A DNA stretch of 64,000 nt from Marsupella aquatica (taxonomy: Eukaryota; Plantae; Marchantiophyta): positions 19,224,857-19,288,856 of the forward strand of contig OZ316893.1 in assembly GCA_973895155.1 (NCBI GenBank). The letters run 5' to 3'. How positions within the stretch are numbered: position 1 is the first letter of the stretch; each line of letters opens with the position of its first letter. Positions 37,037 to 51,266 of the stretch are shown here, one piece after another. Position numbers and translations under genes: made by a program. The notes beneath the pieces are model-generated. The model ran no database searches. It was not told the origin of the DNA and saw nothing but the letters and a program-made list of their open reading frames with translations.

Positions 37037-40000
37037 TTATTTTATAGTGGGGATGAATATTGATTCAAACCCCAGAAATTCTGCTGCAAATTTGTCATCA
37101 CTCTTGGCCAGCATTGTCTGTAGGTCACACTGTATTTTTCTATTCTGCAGTACTCTAGCCCGTGGCTTTATTTTCTTCTCCAATGAATGGCTAAAATACC
37201 TTGGATACAACACTACATCTTGTATTGACCGCCCCATACTTTTAGTTAGAAATTCTAGTTTGGGACTGATTACAGTCTCCTCATTGTATCCTAAGAGCGG
37301 CGGAAACTTAAATGTCATCCGACATAGTTCAGCCTCGGCAAATCCCCAATCACGAAAGCATTTTATTCTGCATGTATAAAAAACACGTCAGTTATGCTCA
37401 TACCAAGCAAAGAATTATGCCACAGTTTTGAACATTGACTGCATGCCCTAGTATTTGAACTGAATTGTGCAGTCACATGTGGGGAAAAACTTACATAGAA
37501 GTTTATCTCTTCGATATACTCACCTGGGTATTAATGCCGATTCCACGCCCATTGATAATATTTCAGGGAAGAACCATATTATTCTACCCAATTTTGTTCG
37601 TGGCACTCCAAGATCTTCTAAAACTACAATTTTCTTCTGAAGAGTGCTATTGATGTTTAACCCCAGGACTTCTGGGGACCTTCTCAGTAACTTACTGATA
37701 TCATTTGCTTCAACGCCAACACTCTCCAGAAATACAACAACCTGAATGCGATACGAATAATAAATTAGTATCGGGGTGAAAAGGTCGCGAATGACCTTGC
37801 TTTGCAGAATAGGTGACTGAATGATGGACTGTCTCCGAAGTCCTTCAACTCACACCTCGACGATTTCAATTGAGGGTAAACACATCTCACATGGCATGCG
37901 TACTCTCTTACCAAATTCATACAGGGACCTTTGACGATAAAGCCTGGGATAAAGGGAGAATGAAGCGACATTCGAAGTACTTACGGTATCAAATTCTTCG
38001 GGACTGTGCAGCAGCAGCTCTGGACTCTGGGCAATAGCCCTTCCAAGCCTTTTGCTTTTCAAACCGTACCCATTTATATGATGGACCATTGGCGTCAATG
38101 TATTAGAACAAGAGCTGCCCAGCAAGTGCGGGCACTTGGTGATAATACGATCAATCTTAGACTTTGGTACCTGAGTTCCAGACGATAGCTGTGAGACACG
38201 AGGAAGAAAAACAGTGCATGAACTACGAGAAGGAACTACCAATTCGTTTTATTTCATGAACATTGAATCTCAACTAACGAACCTGCAACTGCAGCAATTG
38301 ATATCAAATCGCTTTATTTCAAAATTGTATATTGAATATCAACTAGAGAACCTGAAAATATGGAAATCAATACCAATTTGTTTGATTGCAAAGACGAACA
38401 TTGATTCTCAACGAGAGAACCCGAAAGTGCAGCAAGTGAATTGATATCAATTGAACCGCAATCAAGCCACAGAAATACCTTGATGGACTCCAAAAACTGA
38501 ACTATCTTGTCAACATTAGCCCCCACACACTTACTGAGGAGCCATGGGTACTTCACAACCATTCGTCCCATGTCTTCGACTCGGATACCAACCTGACAGA
38601 TTTGAACGCTGAAGACAGGTCAAATAAAGGAAATAATCAAATAAATATCCTGCAAACACCCGCCTTCTCAAACTTAGATTGAAATGGTCAACATCCCGTG
38701 TTGGCTTAACATTCTCAAAAAAATCCGGTGGGAGGGAAAATTTCCGATAAACTTGAAGGAATATCACACTTCACAATCCAGTTATTCTCGTCTTCATACT
38801 TGATAAGGCCTTCTCAATCCCAAACTTGGGGAAAATCCAATTTTAAATTTCATTCATAGTTCTCGACCATGACTGGCATCATGCCAAATGTCCACACCAT
38901 CGCAATCCCTTTCCACTTTGAACACTTAGTGAGGAGAATTTACCTTCTTCAGAGTCCTTTTTCGTAGCACTAAGTCCTTTTCCGGATCCTGCAGAAGAAT
39001 TGGAGGAAAGCACAAAATCACTTTTCTTAGATTATCCCCTTTTATCCCCAGGCCTTCCAGAAAACGTATTGTGGGCTTGATTTCGTCCTCCAAAGTACGT
39101 TTGAATATTTGTGGAAAAGTTTCGATAAATAATGGTAGCGCAGACTTCGTCTTCTCCAGGGCACCCATTCCATCTCCCTGATGCTTCATCTGAGTAAGAA
39201 ACAACAAAGAATGAACAATCCATTTTCAACTTCCTGCAATGCGACCGAAATATGAAGGTATCCGGGTTTCAGCCTCTCTTCCACTGCCAGTGTTAGCTAA
39301 AAATCATCTAACAGGTCCATAATTATTAACAACTCTCGCAAAGAAGCAATCTCTTAGAAATTTCCAATCTCTCGTTCAAAGTATCCTGTCGGCATCCCCT
39401 TTTTCACCATTTCAGTTTAATTTGACCAAAATTTGAAATACTGAGCATAGTCACAAAGTACCTTCTCAAAGAAGGAAAGCGTTCGTTGAATATCTTCATC
39501 GTCCCAAACTGGAATTGACAGATTCTTCACCATAACTTGAGCGAGTCCACCCACAGGTCTTTCATTTGTTTCACTCTCTTTTACAAGCTCTTCAAAATAT
39601 CTGACCTGCCCAACGAAGGGAGAAAATCAGTTCAAAGAAACAAAGCGCGCAAAATGATTGCTGAGATGACACTCACAAATATAGTTGCGTATAAATCATT
39701 TCATCCGTTCCAGAAATCATATAACTCTAGGCCATATGAACCTTTCGTTGCAGACGCTAAGTTGTAAAATGATTCCAAACTCATTTCTCTGTGTGCCAAA
39801 TCTTCTGAATCCAAGCGACTGGTTATCTTGGGGCAGATTTGAAATTTGTTTTCACGAAAAGCAGTCCACGATTCATTTCCAATCTGAAATTTATCCATTC
39901 GAATTTGCCTCCACGGACAATGACTACAACTCATTTCCCGGTTCCAAAGTCTACCAAGATTCAGCCTACTGATTAGCGTCGGTCGAACTTAAAGTCGAGC

Positions 40001-41068
40001 AGGTCAGCAATTTTTCTCAGGCAACCTTGGATAACACGATGCGTCCCGGCCATGCTCACTTCTTCTTGGATCAGCTATGAAGCTGAAAGATGTGACGCAT
40101 GGTTCAAGACTTATACCACGCTGCAAAGCTTTTAATATTTCCCAAGCCTCCCAGCCACGCTAAAATTCTTGCTTCCATACGAATTTTATTTTTTTAAACA
40201 TGGAAACAAATTCTGGGTTGATTACAATCGAACGTCTTATTCACACACATTCGCATGCAATACTAGAACATCAACAGCACCCCGTCCCATGAGTCTGATT
40301 GCAGCTAAGGGAGAAAACCTTGCTCAGGAGATCAGGCAGCCGCTGCGAAGAAAACGAGGACGAGATCCTCGAAATACTAGGCAGATTCACACCTAAGCTC
40401 TCGAGAAACGGAGACATTCCCCGGCTCTGTTTTACAAGTTGGTAAATTCTGTCGCTCGTGTCAAAGTCCCGCCGGACGACAGTATCAACCCCTTCCTCGC
40501 CTCCAGCAGCCAAAAAGCCTGTCTCCAAATTCGCAACAAATTGGACAACCTCTCCAATGTAGACCGGAGCCTTGAATACGACAGCCTCGGCATCCTCAAG
40601 TGAGAGGCCGGCTTCCAACAGCACTCTTGCCACCGCCTCTTGAACATCCTGTGTAAGTTTTTCATCCTCGTTCTGAGAGGCTGCAGCTTTTGATGAAGAT
40701 CTAATCTCTTTCCTTCTGAGAAACTTTAGAGAAGATTCTTCATGACCCATACTTTTAAAACCCCCAAAAGCCTGAGATGAGCCATACCATCCTCCGTTCC
40801 CGCAGCAAGTTACCCGGAAGGGTGATACATTCGGGACAACTGCCGACGACGAACAACAGCAGAAGCAATGTCCAGGCCTTTCATCATCCTTCTGCTTTCC
40901 CCGCCTCCTTTCTTTCCACTGAAGGCAACTTCCTCTGTCTGAGTAAAGAGGAGGAGGAGTGTTTGCTACATATGATGCTCTGCTTCCCTTCGGAGAGGAG
41001 TGGAATGATGCTCCAATACTGGAGAGGCTGCAGGACTGTGTGGGCAGTTCAACTATTATTCTTGCCAT
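37037..41068 (-). CDS. Mitochondrial transcription termination factor (mTERF) family protein, organelle-targeted, multi-exon
   Basis: Long first exon with a transit-peptide-like start. mTERF repeats: FPQIFKRTLEDEIKPTIRFLEGLGI, KYPWLLSKCVGANVDKIVQFLESI, KCPHLLGSSCSNTLTPMV, FPPLLGYNEETVISPKLEFL..YPRYFSHSLEKKIKPR. Confidence 0.88.
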
Positions 41069-41186
41069 AGCTTCAAATCAAACTAGAGAAACCTTCAACT
41101 ATTATTCTTGCCATAGCTTCAAATCAAAGTAGTGAATCCTTCGAGTACTATCCTTGCCATAGCTCCAAATCAAAGCAGTGAATCAT
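41049..41186 (-). promoter_or_regulatory. Three 46-bp tandem copies of the mTERF start-codon region, creating two 13-aa uORFs
   Basis: ATGs at 41160, 41114 and 41068 (minus). uORFs MARIVLEGFTTLI* (41160-41119) and MARIIVEGFSSLI* (41114-41073). Each TGA is followed by agct and the next ATG. Confidence 0.8.
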
Positions 41187-41551
41187 TCAATCCTGGCAGG
41201 GCCAAAAATTGGAACGGTGGCATAGCTGCTGCCCATCATCCTCTGCCAAAGAAACCCTCTGCGGGTAAAACACAGACAACAGGGAGAACCTGTGGTGGTC
41301 TGGCTTGCCAATTCCTGTCCTGTAATGTAGCTGATGTGTAATAGTGTTCTGCTGGGTGACCACGCAGCTCAAGCAAAGGGCACGGACCTACCGTTCTTCT
41401 CGGTATCTAGCCAATTGTTCCCCATCCATGCCACCCGCGGTGCCTCGAATTACTGCTGGAATGCTGCTTAGTATTGCATTGCCCACTTGAATGTAGCAGC
41501 CCTTCCAAACTTACAATTGATCAGCATTCGTCCCCACACAATCTTGGACAC

Positions 41552-41566
41552 TAAACCCTAAACCCT
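41552..41566. promoter_or_regulatory. Telo-box pair in the mTERF/REV1 divergent intergenic region
   Basis: taaaccctaaaccct. Confidence 0.4.
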
Positions 41567-42926
41567 CGACAAGATAGAGTCTCCGAGTCAATGGAGCATG
41601 CAATCTGCTGCTGCTGCTGCTATTTGCGTTGCTGTTGGTGCCGAATGTAATTCAGAATGTTCAACTTCGAATGCCTCCAACTGTGTGCGGTACCTACATG
41701 TCTTTTCTCCAGCATTTGAAAACGCTGCAGACCCGAAACCGCATAAATCTACGACAGATTCAGGCTTACGATTCTATTGGCGACAAACCTGTTAGGATGA
41801 GGAGTACACTGCAGGAAACGTTGCTTCTAGCTCCACAAGTCCACGATTCTTCCACAAAATATTTCTGGTCTCAGGGAGGATGCGAATGACGTATTATGCA
41901 AAAATTCTCCAAAGGAGTACCTAAAAGGCTGCCCAATGGGTAAAGAAACGAGCGAGACAGAAAACTGCGTTCTGGAGACATACTCGTATCTTTTCATTCA
42001 TGCCAAGGGAATATGTAAAATAGTGCAAAGGGGAACTAAACTCTCCGAACTAATAACTCAACTCATTCTGGTTGCTTCCTGTACACGCCAGCTTTGGCCC
42101 CACAGAGCGAGAGGTGTATCGAATACTCTACAAACTAGCTCCGGGAGTAATAAGTACTGTACTACTACTTCACTATCCGTCTTCATTAATGACTGCCATT
42201 TGTATCTTATGCCCGTTGTAACTTTTACGCACGTCTGAGGAAACGGGGTTGGAATTTAGGGTCTGTCGTTCCTTGCACCTTGTGTCATATATAATATCAC
42301 AGTGCCCAAGGGCCCAAGGGCAAAAAACGCTGAACCGGGAGACAAGATCTTGAGTCATCTTATCTTTTTATACCTCATCAATCAATCTATGACATAATGA
42401 TGGTTTGACGTACTTTGAAACGTGATCTTCCTTTTTATTTACATACGGTAGCAAGCAACAAGGCATTCTTCACAAGATGAAACATTGCGCCGCTACTATG
42501 TTCCTGCTCTGGGCACGTCTCGTTCTGCGGGGCAACAGAGCGTAGAATTAGGGGTTTTGGGGGCTGGATTCGTCCTGTCTACTCTGCCGTAGGGGACCGT
42601 TTCCTCCGCATTGAATGCCCATTTCGGACAGGTACTAGTAAAACGTCCATATTTGCAGAGAGCTTGTCGGTCTGAGAGAAGGGATGCCGAATTTCATGGC
42701 CCTTCTCATCTTTCCGCCAATTCGAGAGAATCATTGGCGCCGGAGATGTATCTATCATAGGTGTTGGCTCGTAGGAAGCCGCGCTAAATTTAGTTACATG
42801 AACGGTGCTTGAGAGTTTGGACAATTCAAATGCACGGATGAGAGCTTGTTCCGAGATCTGCGCTGCATTAGGCGCCAGTTGCCTTCCCGTTGAAGCTGAC
42901 AAGGATAGGCTGAGGCACCAGGTACC

Positions 42927-45900
42927 ATGGAGTTGTCTTCGGATGGTAGCTGCAAGGGAAAGAGGAAACTTGTGATAGAGGAGGCTAGTGGGCCAGCATG
43001 GGGAGCTCAATCATATTCTGCCAACAAGAACTACGCAATCAACAAGTCTATGAAAGACAGCGGAAAGGATCCTGGATTTGGAGACTTCGGCAGGTGCTCC
43101 ATTTCAACCATGTGCATGTTTTTTCCATGTGTGAACGCTTCACCTCCAAGAATATTTCTTCGCTAATATTAAGTACGCCTTATTAATTCATTCATCCTGT
43201 CTTTCTTTCCAATAACAATGATACCGAAATCAAATGCAAGGAGATTTCATAGGTGAGGTTGCATTATTTGACGAGTATCATACTTCTCTGTGCACGGGGT
43301 CTTTCGAATTCTAAGTGCGGTCTTAACCTTGAGCCAGGATATTTGATACAACTGTTTACCTGGATAGTTTTTTAGTTTCCTTGAGGAGCACCAAAGGATG
43401 AGACTCTTGCGACAATGGGTCCTGGTCTTGTTCTGCTTAGTTAAGTTCGAAGGAATATCAAGCAATTCCACTTTCAATTCCATTCCTTTATTTTGTAAAG
43501 CAGGTATTTCTCCGAAAAGAAACGGAAACTGAGGGACCAATATCATCAGCTTACTACTGCTTCCTTTGTGGGGTTCGTTCTCATGAACTCTTCGAACCTA
43601 TATCAATTTCACTTCGCCTCGTCGTTTTCTAAATTGAGCTTTCTCCACTCGTCTTAGCATTCCATTCGATATGTCAGTGTTGAAAATGATGTAGAGCAGT
43701 CAGTGTTGCACGATGCTTGTGAAAAGGCTACTTTGAAAGACGAAATCAAAATTAAGGAAATTTAAGATCGCAAGTTAGCACCAGATTCTGTACATTTGGA
43801 TGTCAAGAAATGATCACTAATGTTCGACTTTGAGCTTAGCTTGACCAGAATCATGCATTCTCTAAATAGCTGGACATTCTTCAGGGAAATCCCTGCTGGA
43901 ACAGAAGCTCCAAGCAACATCTTTGAAACTGAGAGCGCTGCTTCTGGAGACCAAAAAAAGCGCTTATTTCAAGGCGTATCAATATTCGTCGATGGCTTCA
44001 CCACTCCAACACATCAGGTGGAATGCTTGCTGCAACTATTCAGGCTCAGTTTCTTGTTATCTCGGTAATGACTTTTGTTCACTTGAATCTGTGGAATAAA
44101 GGGAGACTATGATTTACAGGAATTGCGGTTTCTGATGATGAGTTATGGAGGGATTTTTGAGAATTATTTTTCCAGCCAAAGGGTTACTCATATCATATGT
44201 AGCACTCTTCCTGACAGCAAGATCATGAATCCAAGGTACACTCGGATGATCTCGAGTGAAGCTTGACCTTCATCAACATGTCTTCTTATTGAGTTCACTT
44301 TTGTACAGCAAAGAGTAACTCATATGTGTCTTTCGGATATGTCCAGAGATCATTTTAAACCAACTCATTGCTCCAGTTATGTGAAATCCGAGTGAATGAA
44401 TAAACGCTTTATGAATGTCCTGATCTCGTGGAATTTGATCCCAGAGAAAGCTCGAGTGGGAAGGTGAATGAAGCAAGCAGAGGATAACTTGTCACAGTGA
44501 AATAGAATTCTAAAAGAGAAGTTGCTTAAGAAAAATTCACATGTATTTCACTGTGCTTAGGTTGATGAGCAGAGGATTGCCTATCGTTAAGCCGGAGTGG
44601 ATCGTTGATAGCATTAAAGAAAACAGGCTGCTTCCTTGTGAGTATACATCGTGTAATTCAGGCTCACCCTAAACCCTAAACTTACAAAGTGGATGAATGC
44701 CGTCGACAGTCATGAAATTTCCCTTCCAGATAGAGGCTTCTTGATGCCGGTAGTGTGATATAGGTCTCCATCTGTGATAGATTTTTCTTGAAACTGCTGC
44801 AATTGCCAGCAAGAGGCCTCTGCTCTTAGAAGGAATGGCAGCACTAAACATGTGTGACATGATGTTTTTCCGTTGGTCTCTGAAGGGGGAAGCTATCAAC
44901 TGGAACGCATTGCATTCTCTCATCCTCATCAAAAGACACTTGCAGCTTCGTTTTCTTCTCGAAAAGTGGATGATACTTCTAATGGTTGTACAACAGCAGG
45001 TGAGAAGATTCCAGTAGATGTTGAAAAAGAGAATCTTCTCACTTCGGACAATGAGATGGACAATCCTCCCACAGATTCTCTGGGAGACTCTGGGAGTAAA
45101 GTCATGACAGAGACTAGGCAACAGATTTCAGCAGATGAAGCAAACATTGAACTTCCAGTCCTTCCCCGGTCATCTGCAATTAGAGTGCACGAAAGAATCC
45201 AACCAGAATTGGCTTCTGGCTCTGATGACCATATCCAGATCAATGGGGATTTGCCTAATGTTGCTGTTGTCCAGAAGCAAGTCAAGAAGAATCCCAGTGC
45301 TGGACGCGGCCATTCGACTTTGGATGATCCTGATTTTTTTCAGAGTTACTTTAAGGTAAGTAAACGCGTGGTGTCCAGAAAGTGTTCTTAGTTCTGGATT
45401 CTGGATTGTGTCCATCACTCAGTCCTTTGTAATAATCTGGATAGCAACTAGCGTCGTACCACCTTGGCTATTCTCATGTATTCTTGTGATGGTCCAGACT
45501 TCAAGGTTACACTTCATAGGAACTTGGAGAACCCGTTACCAACATCTTGTAAATGCTGGAAGCTTTGGGCACCCGGATGAAGGAATAAGTGCATTGCCTG
45601 GAGCCAGCTCGACTGCAAGGCCAGTTATTATTCATCTTGACATGGTACGAACTCTTTGTTGCTAGTTTGATTTACGTTGTCTATGACATTTTACTATGAA
45701 TTCAACAATCGAAATCTCTGTCTCTTTCGAACCTTCTTGCTTATATCATAGAATTTGAACAAGGTTTGAGTGCACGGATTATCATTTATGAGAGTTACTG
45801 ATCTATAATCTTCGTTGTCCTCTTCTAAAGCGGATTTAGTGTTGATGGTGATTCCAAAATCAACTTATGTGTCCTTCTTGAAAATCTGGATAACAGATCG

Positions 45901-48900
45901 AAATAAAATTGTTCTGGTTGATTGCCAGGATTGCTTCTTTGTATCAGTGGTAGTGAGAAACCAACCAGGCTTAATTATGAAACCGGTTGCTGTTTGTCAT
46001 TCCAACAGTGCGCAAGGCACTGGCGAGATCTCTTCTGCAAACTATCCTGCACGATCATATGGTGGGCTCCTCTTCAGAAGTTGGAAAATATCCCAGATTA
46101 TAATCATGGTTATGTTTTTTGCGGTTCAAAGTACTTGTTCTCTTGCTGCTCTTTTTGATTTTTTGATTTTGTAAATTTCCTCACTCTGTCTCTTACAGTG
46201 GGTCGCGGACTTTGACATGAGGGATCTGTACAAATTACTTCTCATCCAATCATTCATTCATGCAATAACATTATGCGCAGGAATCAGAGCTGGCATGTTT
46301 GTTCGGAATGCCAAAGCTCTTTGTCCTGGTCTGACTATTGTGCCCTATGATTTTCCAGCGTATGAACAGGTGATTCCATAAATTTACTGCCTTGTACTTA
46401 CCCCTCGCGGTCCAGTAAATAACTGTCTTGTTTTGAATCTATTCACCAATCAAGCATTTCGTGCAAATTGTCGCCCGTTTTTGAAATATTACCGCAGTGT
46501 GTTTTCAAATGTCCTTTGAAGTACCCCGGTCCTCGATTCAAGTTCTTGCTCAGGTGGAAAATGGAAAGAAAAGAATGTCAGAGGTTGTATTTTGATGACA
46601 TGAACTCAGCGTCACTGGTAAGGTTGTTATGTCCTCCTTAAACTAATTGGTGTTTGTGCAATCCAGGTGGCGGACACAGTGTATAGCATCTTGCATAGTC
46701 ATTGCTCCGTAGTACAGGTACGTAATTTGTTTGAATGTTCCTTAGATGGGCCGTCCTTTGTCATACTTGTAACCTGTTTCTTTTGTGTTTTGCCATTGTA
46801 CCAATGAAGACTGTTGGATTTTAGGCTGTCAGCTGCGATGAGGCATTTTTGGATGTTACTGGACATCCTAAACCTGCATATCTTGCATCTAGGATCAGAG
46901 AGGAGATCTTTCAGGCAACTCAATGCACTGCCAGCGCTGGCATAGCTGAGAATCTCCTCCTGGCTCGCTTAGCAACAAAGAAGGCTAAGCCTAATGGGCA
47001 ATGTATTATACAACCTCATGAGGTATGATGCGAGATACCCATTGTTTGGAGAAATATGTTTCCATGTGTTACAAAATTGGACTGGTTGAAAATCATTCTT
47101 GTGATAAAGGGCAAGTGCACCAAGTAAGACACGTATGCATCCTGCATTGCTCACGAACGAGGTGATGAATCCGTTTTAGGTCAAGGAGTTCATGGCAACT
47201 CTCCCTGTTGAAGAACTTCCAGGAGTCGGCTGGACATTGCGAGAAAAGCTCCATGGAAATGGACTGTACAATTGCGCTGACCTACAGTCGTTGTCAAAGG
47301 TATCACACACTTGCAACGTATGTTTGAAGTCAGTGAGGTTGAAAATTGTCCTTCATTTGCACTAAGCAACTTGATCATGGATTGTGCTTCATATGGAAAT
47401 GGAACTAATCTTTTTAACGTTGATGAATTATATAGGATTCTTTACAGCAGGCCTACGGAGCAAAGACTGGTGTCATGCTTTGGTCATATGCTCAAGGTAT
47501 TGACGAGAGAGAAGTTCAACCTGCTCAGGTAAGAATGCAATGTTTCTTCTTTCACGAATTCTTTCTTATCTGCTTCTTGTCGAGTCCTCTCCTCTTATAG
47601 GCATCGTGGAATGCACATCTCAATTTTCGGTACTGTAGATTTAAATTATAGATAATTCTCACGCGTACAGTACTTTTTTATGAAGTTTTTCGATGAAATA
47701 CTGTAGGTAGTATGTCTAAGTCTTAATCTCTAAGAACGTATCGAGGCATAAAGGCTTCGTACTGAAATGCTTACCCTACGGACCGTTGATGACATGTAAT
47801 CTATATAAAATTGTAAGAATATATCGTTGACGTTTTCAATTGGATGTTATCAATCTCTAGTTCACTCGGCTCACGTCAGTTTCGATACTGCTGATAGTAC
47901 CCTAACTAAGCACCGACATTCACAGGAACGCAAGTCAATCGGAGCAGAAGTTAACTGGGGAGTTCGCTTTTCTTGCATGGATGATGTAAGTAAATCCCAT
48001 CACGCATTATCCTGTGAGACGCTATTGTCGTTTCTTAATCTTTTTGTATAAACCCTTCATATAGTCGTGAACTATTGCCGAGCCCACTCTGTCAGAAAGT
48101 TATCAATCGTTTGAGCAATCCATGTGTCTGGTTTAGCAACTGGCAAATCGACCATAGCAGATGCTATAAATGTCGGCAATCCGGTCACCAGCTAATCATA
48201 TAACATCGGGCATTGCTATTGCAGGCCCAACAATTTCTGGTTGACTTAAGCAATGAGGTTGCCACCCGAATGCAGAAATCTTGTGCATCTGGTCGTACAA
48301 TCACTCTCAAGGCAAGAGTTTGGAGCCTCAGTTTTTTGTTTCTCGTGCTCTGCAGTATGACATTTACCGTAGGCATTTACAACCAAAATGAGTCTACTCT
48401 TACCTATTACTTACAATCCTCTTTTATTTTGTTTTGCAAAGTCGATACTGGGGCAATCGTTGATTTTCTCTTTTGAAATAGTAAGAACAGGAGTATGTCT
48501 TATTTGGGTTAAGTTTTCTTTGGATGTGAAGCTTGAGGACATCTGACATTTCCTCATCCAACGTGAGCCATCTTTCAGTCCTCTATTCACTTTTGAAAAC
48601 CGATCTGGTGGATAGGTAAAGAAACGAAAAGAGGGAGTTGGAGAACCTGTCAAATTTATGGGTTGCGGAGCTTGCGATAATATCAGCCGTTCGGAGACGG
48701 TAATTGAGAGTGATGCAGCAAAATTGGTTTCGAAGCTAAGAATTTATGAAGAGCCGCTTCATAAGCTGACTAACGATCCATGCCATGAAAAATGATCATT
48801 CATAAATTGAACATTGGACTCTCATTTGCTAAACTCCGGCGAAAATACCCGATGTTTCAGTATCTTGAAACTGGCATTTTGGCTACTGCAGGTCGGATAT

Positions 48901-51266
48901 CCTACGAACAGTGCCGAGGTTTTGCTAAGGGTCGGTCGACAATTATTTGCTGCGCTTCATCTTGGTATATAATTCTTGGACCTATGGCACCTCTTTTGCG
49001 CGGAGGCCTGGAGGCTTATCAATCTGTTTGTCTATGAAAAGTGCATCTCGAATCATAACATTATGGTGTTTCTCAATCACGATGACAGATGTTCAAGAAG
49101 TGCGAGGTGTTGGCCTTCAGGTTTCCAGATTAGTTTCGACGAACACAACAGGTTTCGTATGCCATCCCAAATCATCATAATATGCCAAGATGCTTGCAGA
49201 CTTCCACAGTGCAAAGGATTCATTCGAACAGCTGTATTTTCAGATAATTTGTGACCTCCTGTACCAAAATTGAGAGTCCACCTCATGTTATCTATGTTGA
49301 TTCTCATACCCAATACCTACTGTAGGTATTCGAAAACAACACAATGCACTGGACTCGTGGTTAGCACCCACAACGAAGCTTGGTAAAGGCAAAGAGGTGA
49401 TGAATCAGGTGGAGGTGATAAATCAGATCACAGAGGATGTTCACGACACACCAGGCGAACAACCAAAAGATGAGGACCTTGAAAATTGTGCAGGTCCTTC
49501 GTCACCTTGGAATGGTATAAATCTCTATTTGAAAATTTCTTGAATGGTTGGCTGGTAGCCTTTTTTGAGCAGGATTCGTACTTAAATAGTTCCTTCTTTA
49601 TCTAGTCCAGGTTGTTTTGTTTTGATGTATCCATTGAACTTTCTATAGGATTGAAGCTCAACTTGTACTCTGCAAAGGTTTGAACTTATAGGAGCACACA
49701 ACATATGCTTCTTGCAAAGGCTTCCAGCGGCTAGTCGCCACTGAAATAGGTCCATGTCGTGAAACATAGCTAATCAAATATGTGACACTTAAGAATGTTG
49801 CATTTGAATGATCAACGAAGTGTCTGAAGGCTTGATTTGTATTTTGAGCAGGGACGGATGCTGAAGAACCGAAGCAAAGAGAAGGTGGCAAATCTGATTC
49901 AGAACCACTAGAATTGTCAGGCAGGCAACCACCTCATGCGGTTCAACTACATAACCTAACAATTAGTGAAAGAAAGAAAACAGAGCGCACGTCACTAGAA
50001 TTGCCTCCATTTTCTCAAATCGACCCTAGTGTCTTAGAGTGTCTTCCTCCGGATATTGTTGCTGAGATTATTGACGCTAACAAGGCTCAGCAGGAGCAGA
50101 AGAACAGAGCAAATCTTGAAGGACACATTGACATCCTGCCACACAACACTACAGGCACCCAGAGACCTAGTGGTGGAAAATCGCATGGCAGAACAAAAAC
50201 AGGCAAAACGAAACCAAAAAATAGTTTCTTGCAATTGCCACCTCAATCTCAACTCGACCCAAGTGTTTTAGAATCTCTTCCAGATGATATCCTTGCAGAA
50301 CTCGACCAAGCTTATGGGCAAGAAACTAAACAGAAGTCCTACAAGAGCCGGTCTTCTGGCCCTGTTCCAAAATTCCCGCCAACCTCATCAGGAGCTGAGA
50401 AGGAAAATACCCTAGTCGATATCCATGCGTTAGACAGTAATAGTTCTGGATCTATCCAAAGCCTAAAACAACCCGAAGACTTTAGTAGCACACTGGAGGC
50501 AACAGAGGAACACCAACCCGACTTTGGGCAGCCCAAATCTGCGAAGAAGGCACTCTCGGAAGACAATCATACCATATTACAAAATATAATACGGAGTATA
50601 AATTCAGGACAATCCAGTCGGAGTCTTTCATCCAGTTTGCTGTCTCTCGGCTCTTGTAAGCATCTACAGGATGGAACCGACTCGTCCGCTTTGCAGCAAT
50701 TTGCTAACCAATGGTTTCAATTGCTTATTGGCCATGTTCGAGAAATTGCTTCTAGAAACCTGGAAGAAGTTCACTTGATACTCCTGTACTTGAAACGGTA
50801 ATGTCCAAATATTTTCTGCTATTTTCAGAGGGTAGATGATTTCCCTGTATCAAGCTGTTGTACTCTGGGTCTGCTTCATCCCATTAATTGAATGCCTGTT
50901 ATCGGGCTCATGGTTCGTCTGATTCTATTGGATCAACTCAACTTGAAGCCATGTCAAACTCACACCATATTTGCAGGCTTGGCAGCACATGCAACTTATG
51001 GAGAGCTGTGCAAGAACTTACAATTGCTGCTGCTAAGGTAAGAGAAACCCCTTTCTCTCAGACAGTTTTTACAACTGAGATGGTTTGGCATTTCTGGGCG
51101 GCTGGGATCCAAAACAACGTACTGCGACCATGGTCGGCCCTAATCATCTGCCCATCTCCCGTCTACTGCTTGGAAACTCAGAGTCTCCTTTATTATATAC
51201 TCATGCTCTTGTCTTACGCAGGACATTATCAGCGAACTGTACGGCGGACAACTCAGTATTGACTGA
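42927..51266 (+). CDS. REV1: DNA repair protein REV1 (Y-family dCMP transferase), multi-exon
   Basis: N-terminus PAWG...GDFG|RYFSEKKRKLRDQY. BRCT domain LFQGVSIFVDGFTTPTHQELRFLMMSYGGIFENYFS..VTHIICS..VKPEWIVDS. HSTLDDPDFFQSYFKTSRLHFIGTWR. Catalytic IIHLDMDCFFVSV and SCDEAFLD. RKSIGAEVNWGVRF and KFMGCGACDN. Two UBMs (LPPFSQIDPSVLECLP, LPPQSQLDPSVLESLP). The last exon DIISELYGGQLSID* ends at 51266. Confidence 0.95.

Noticed and set aside
44666-44681. Telomere-like ccctaaaccctaaac in a REV1 intron (similar motif at ~53855) as interstitial telomere
   Set aside because: Only about two units; such motifs are common in plant genomes.
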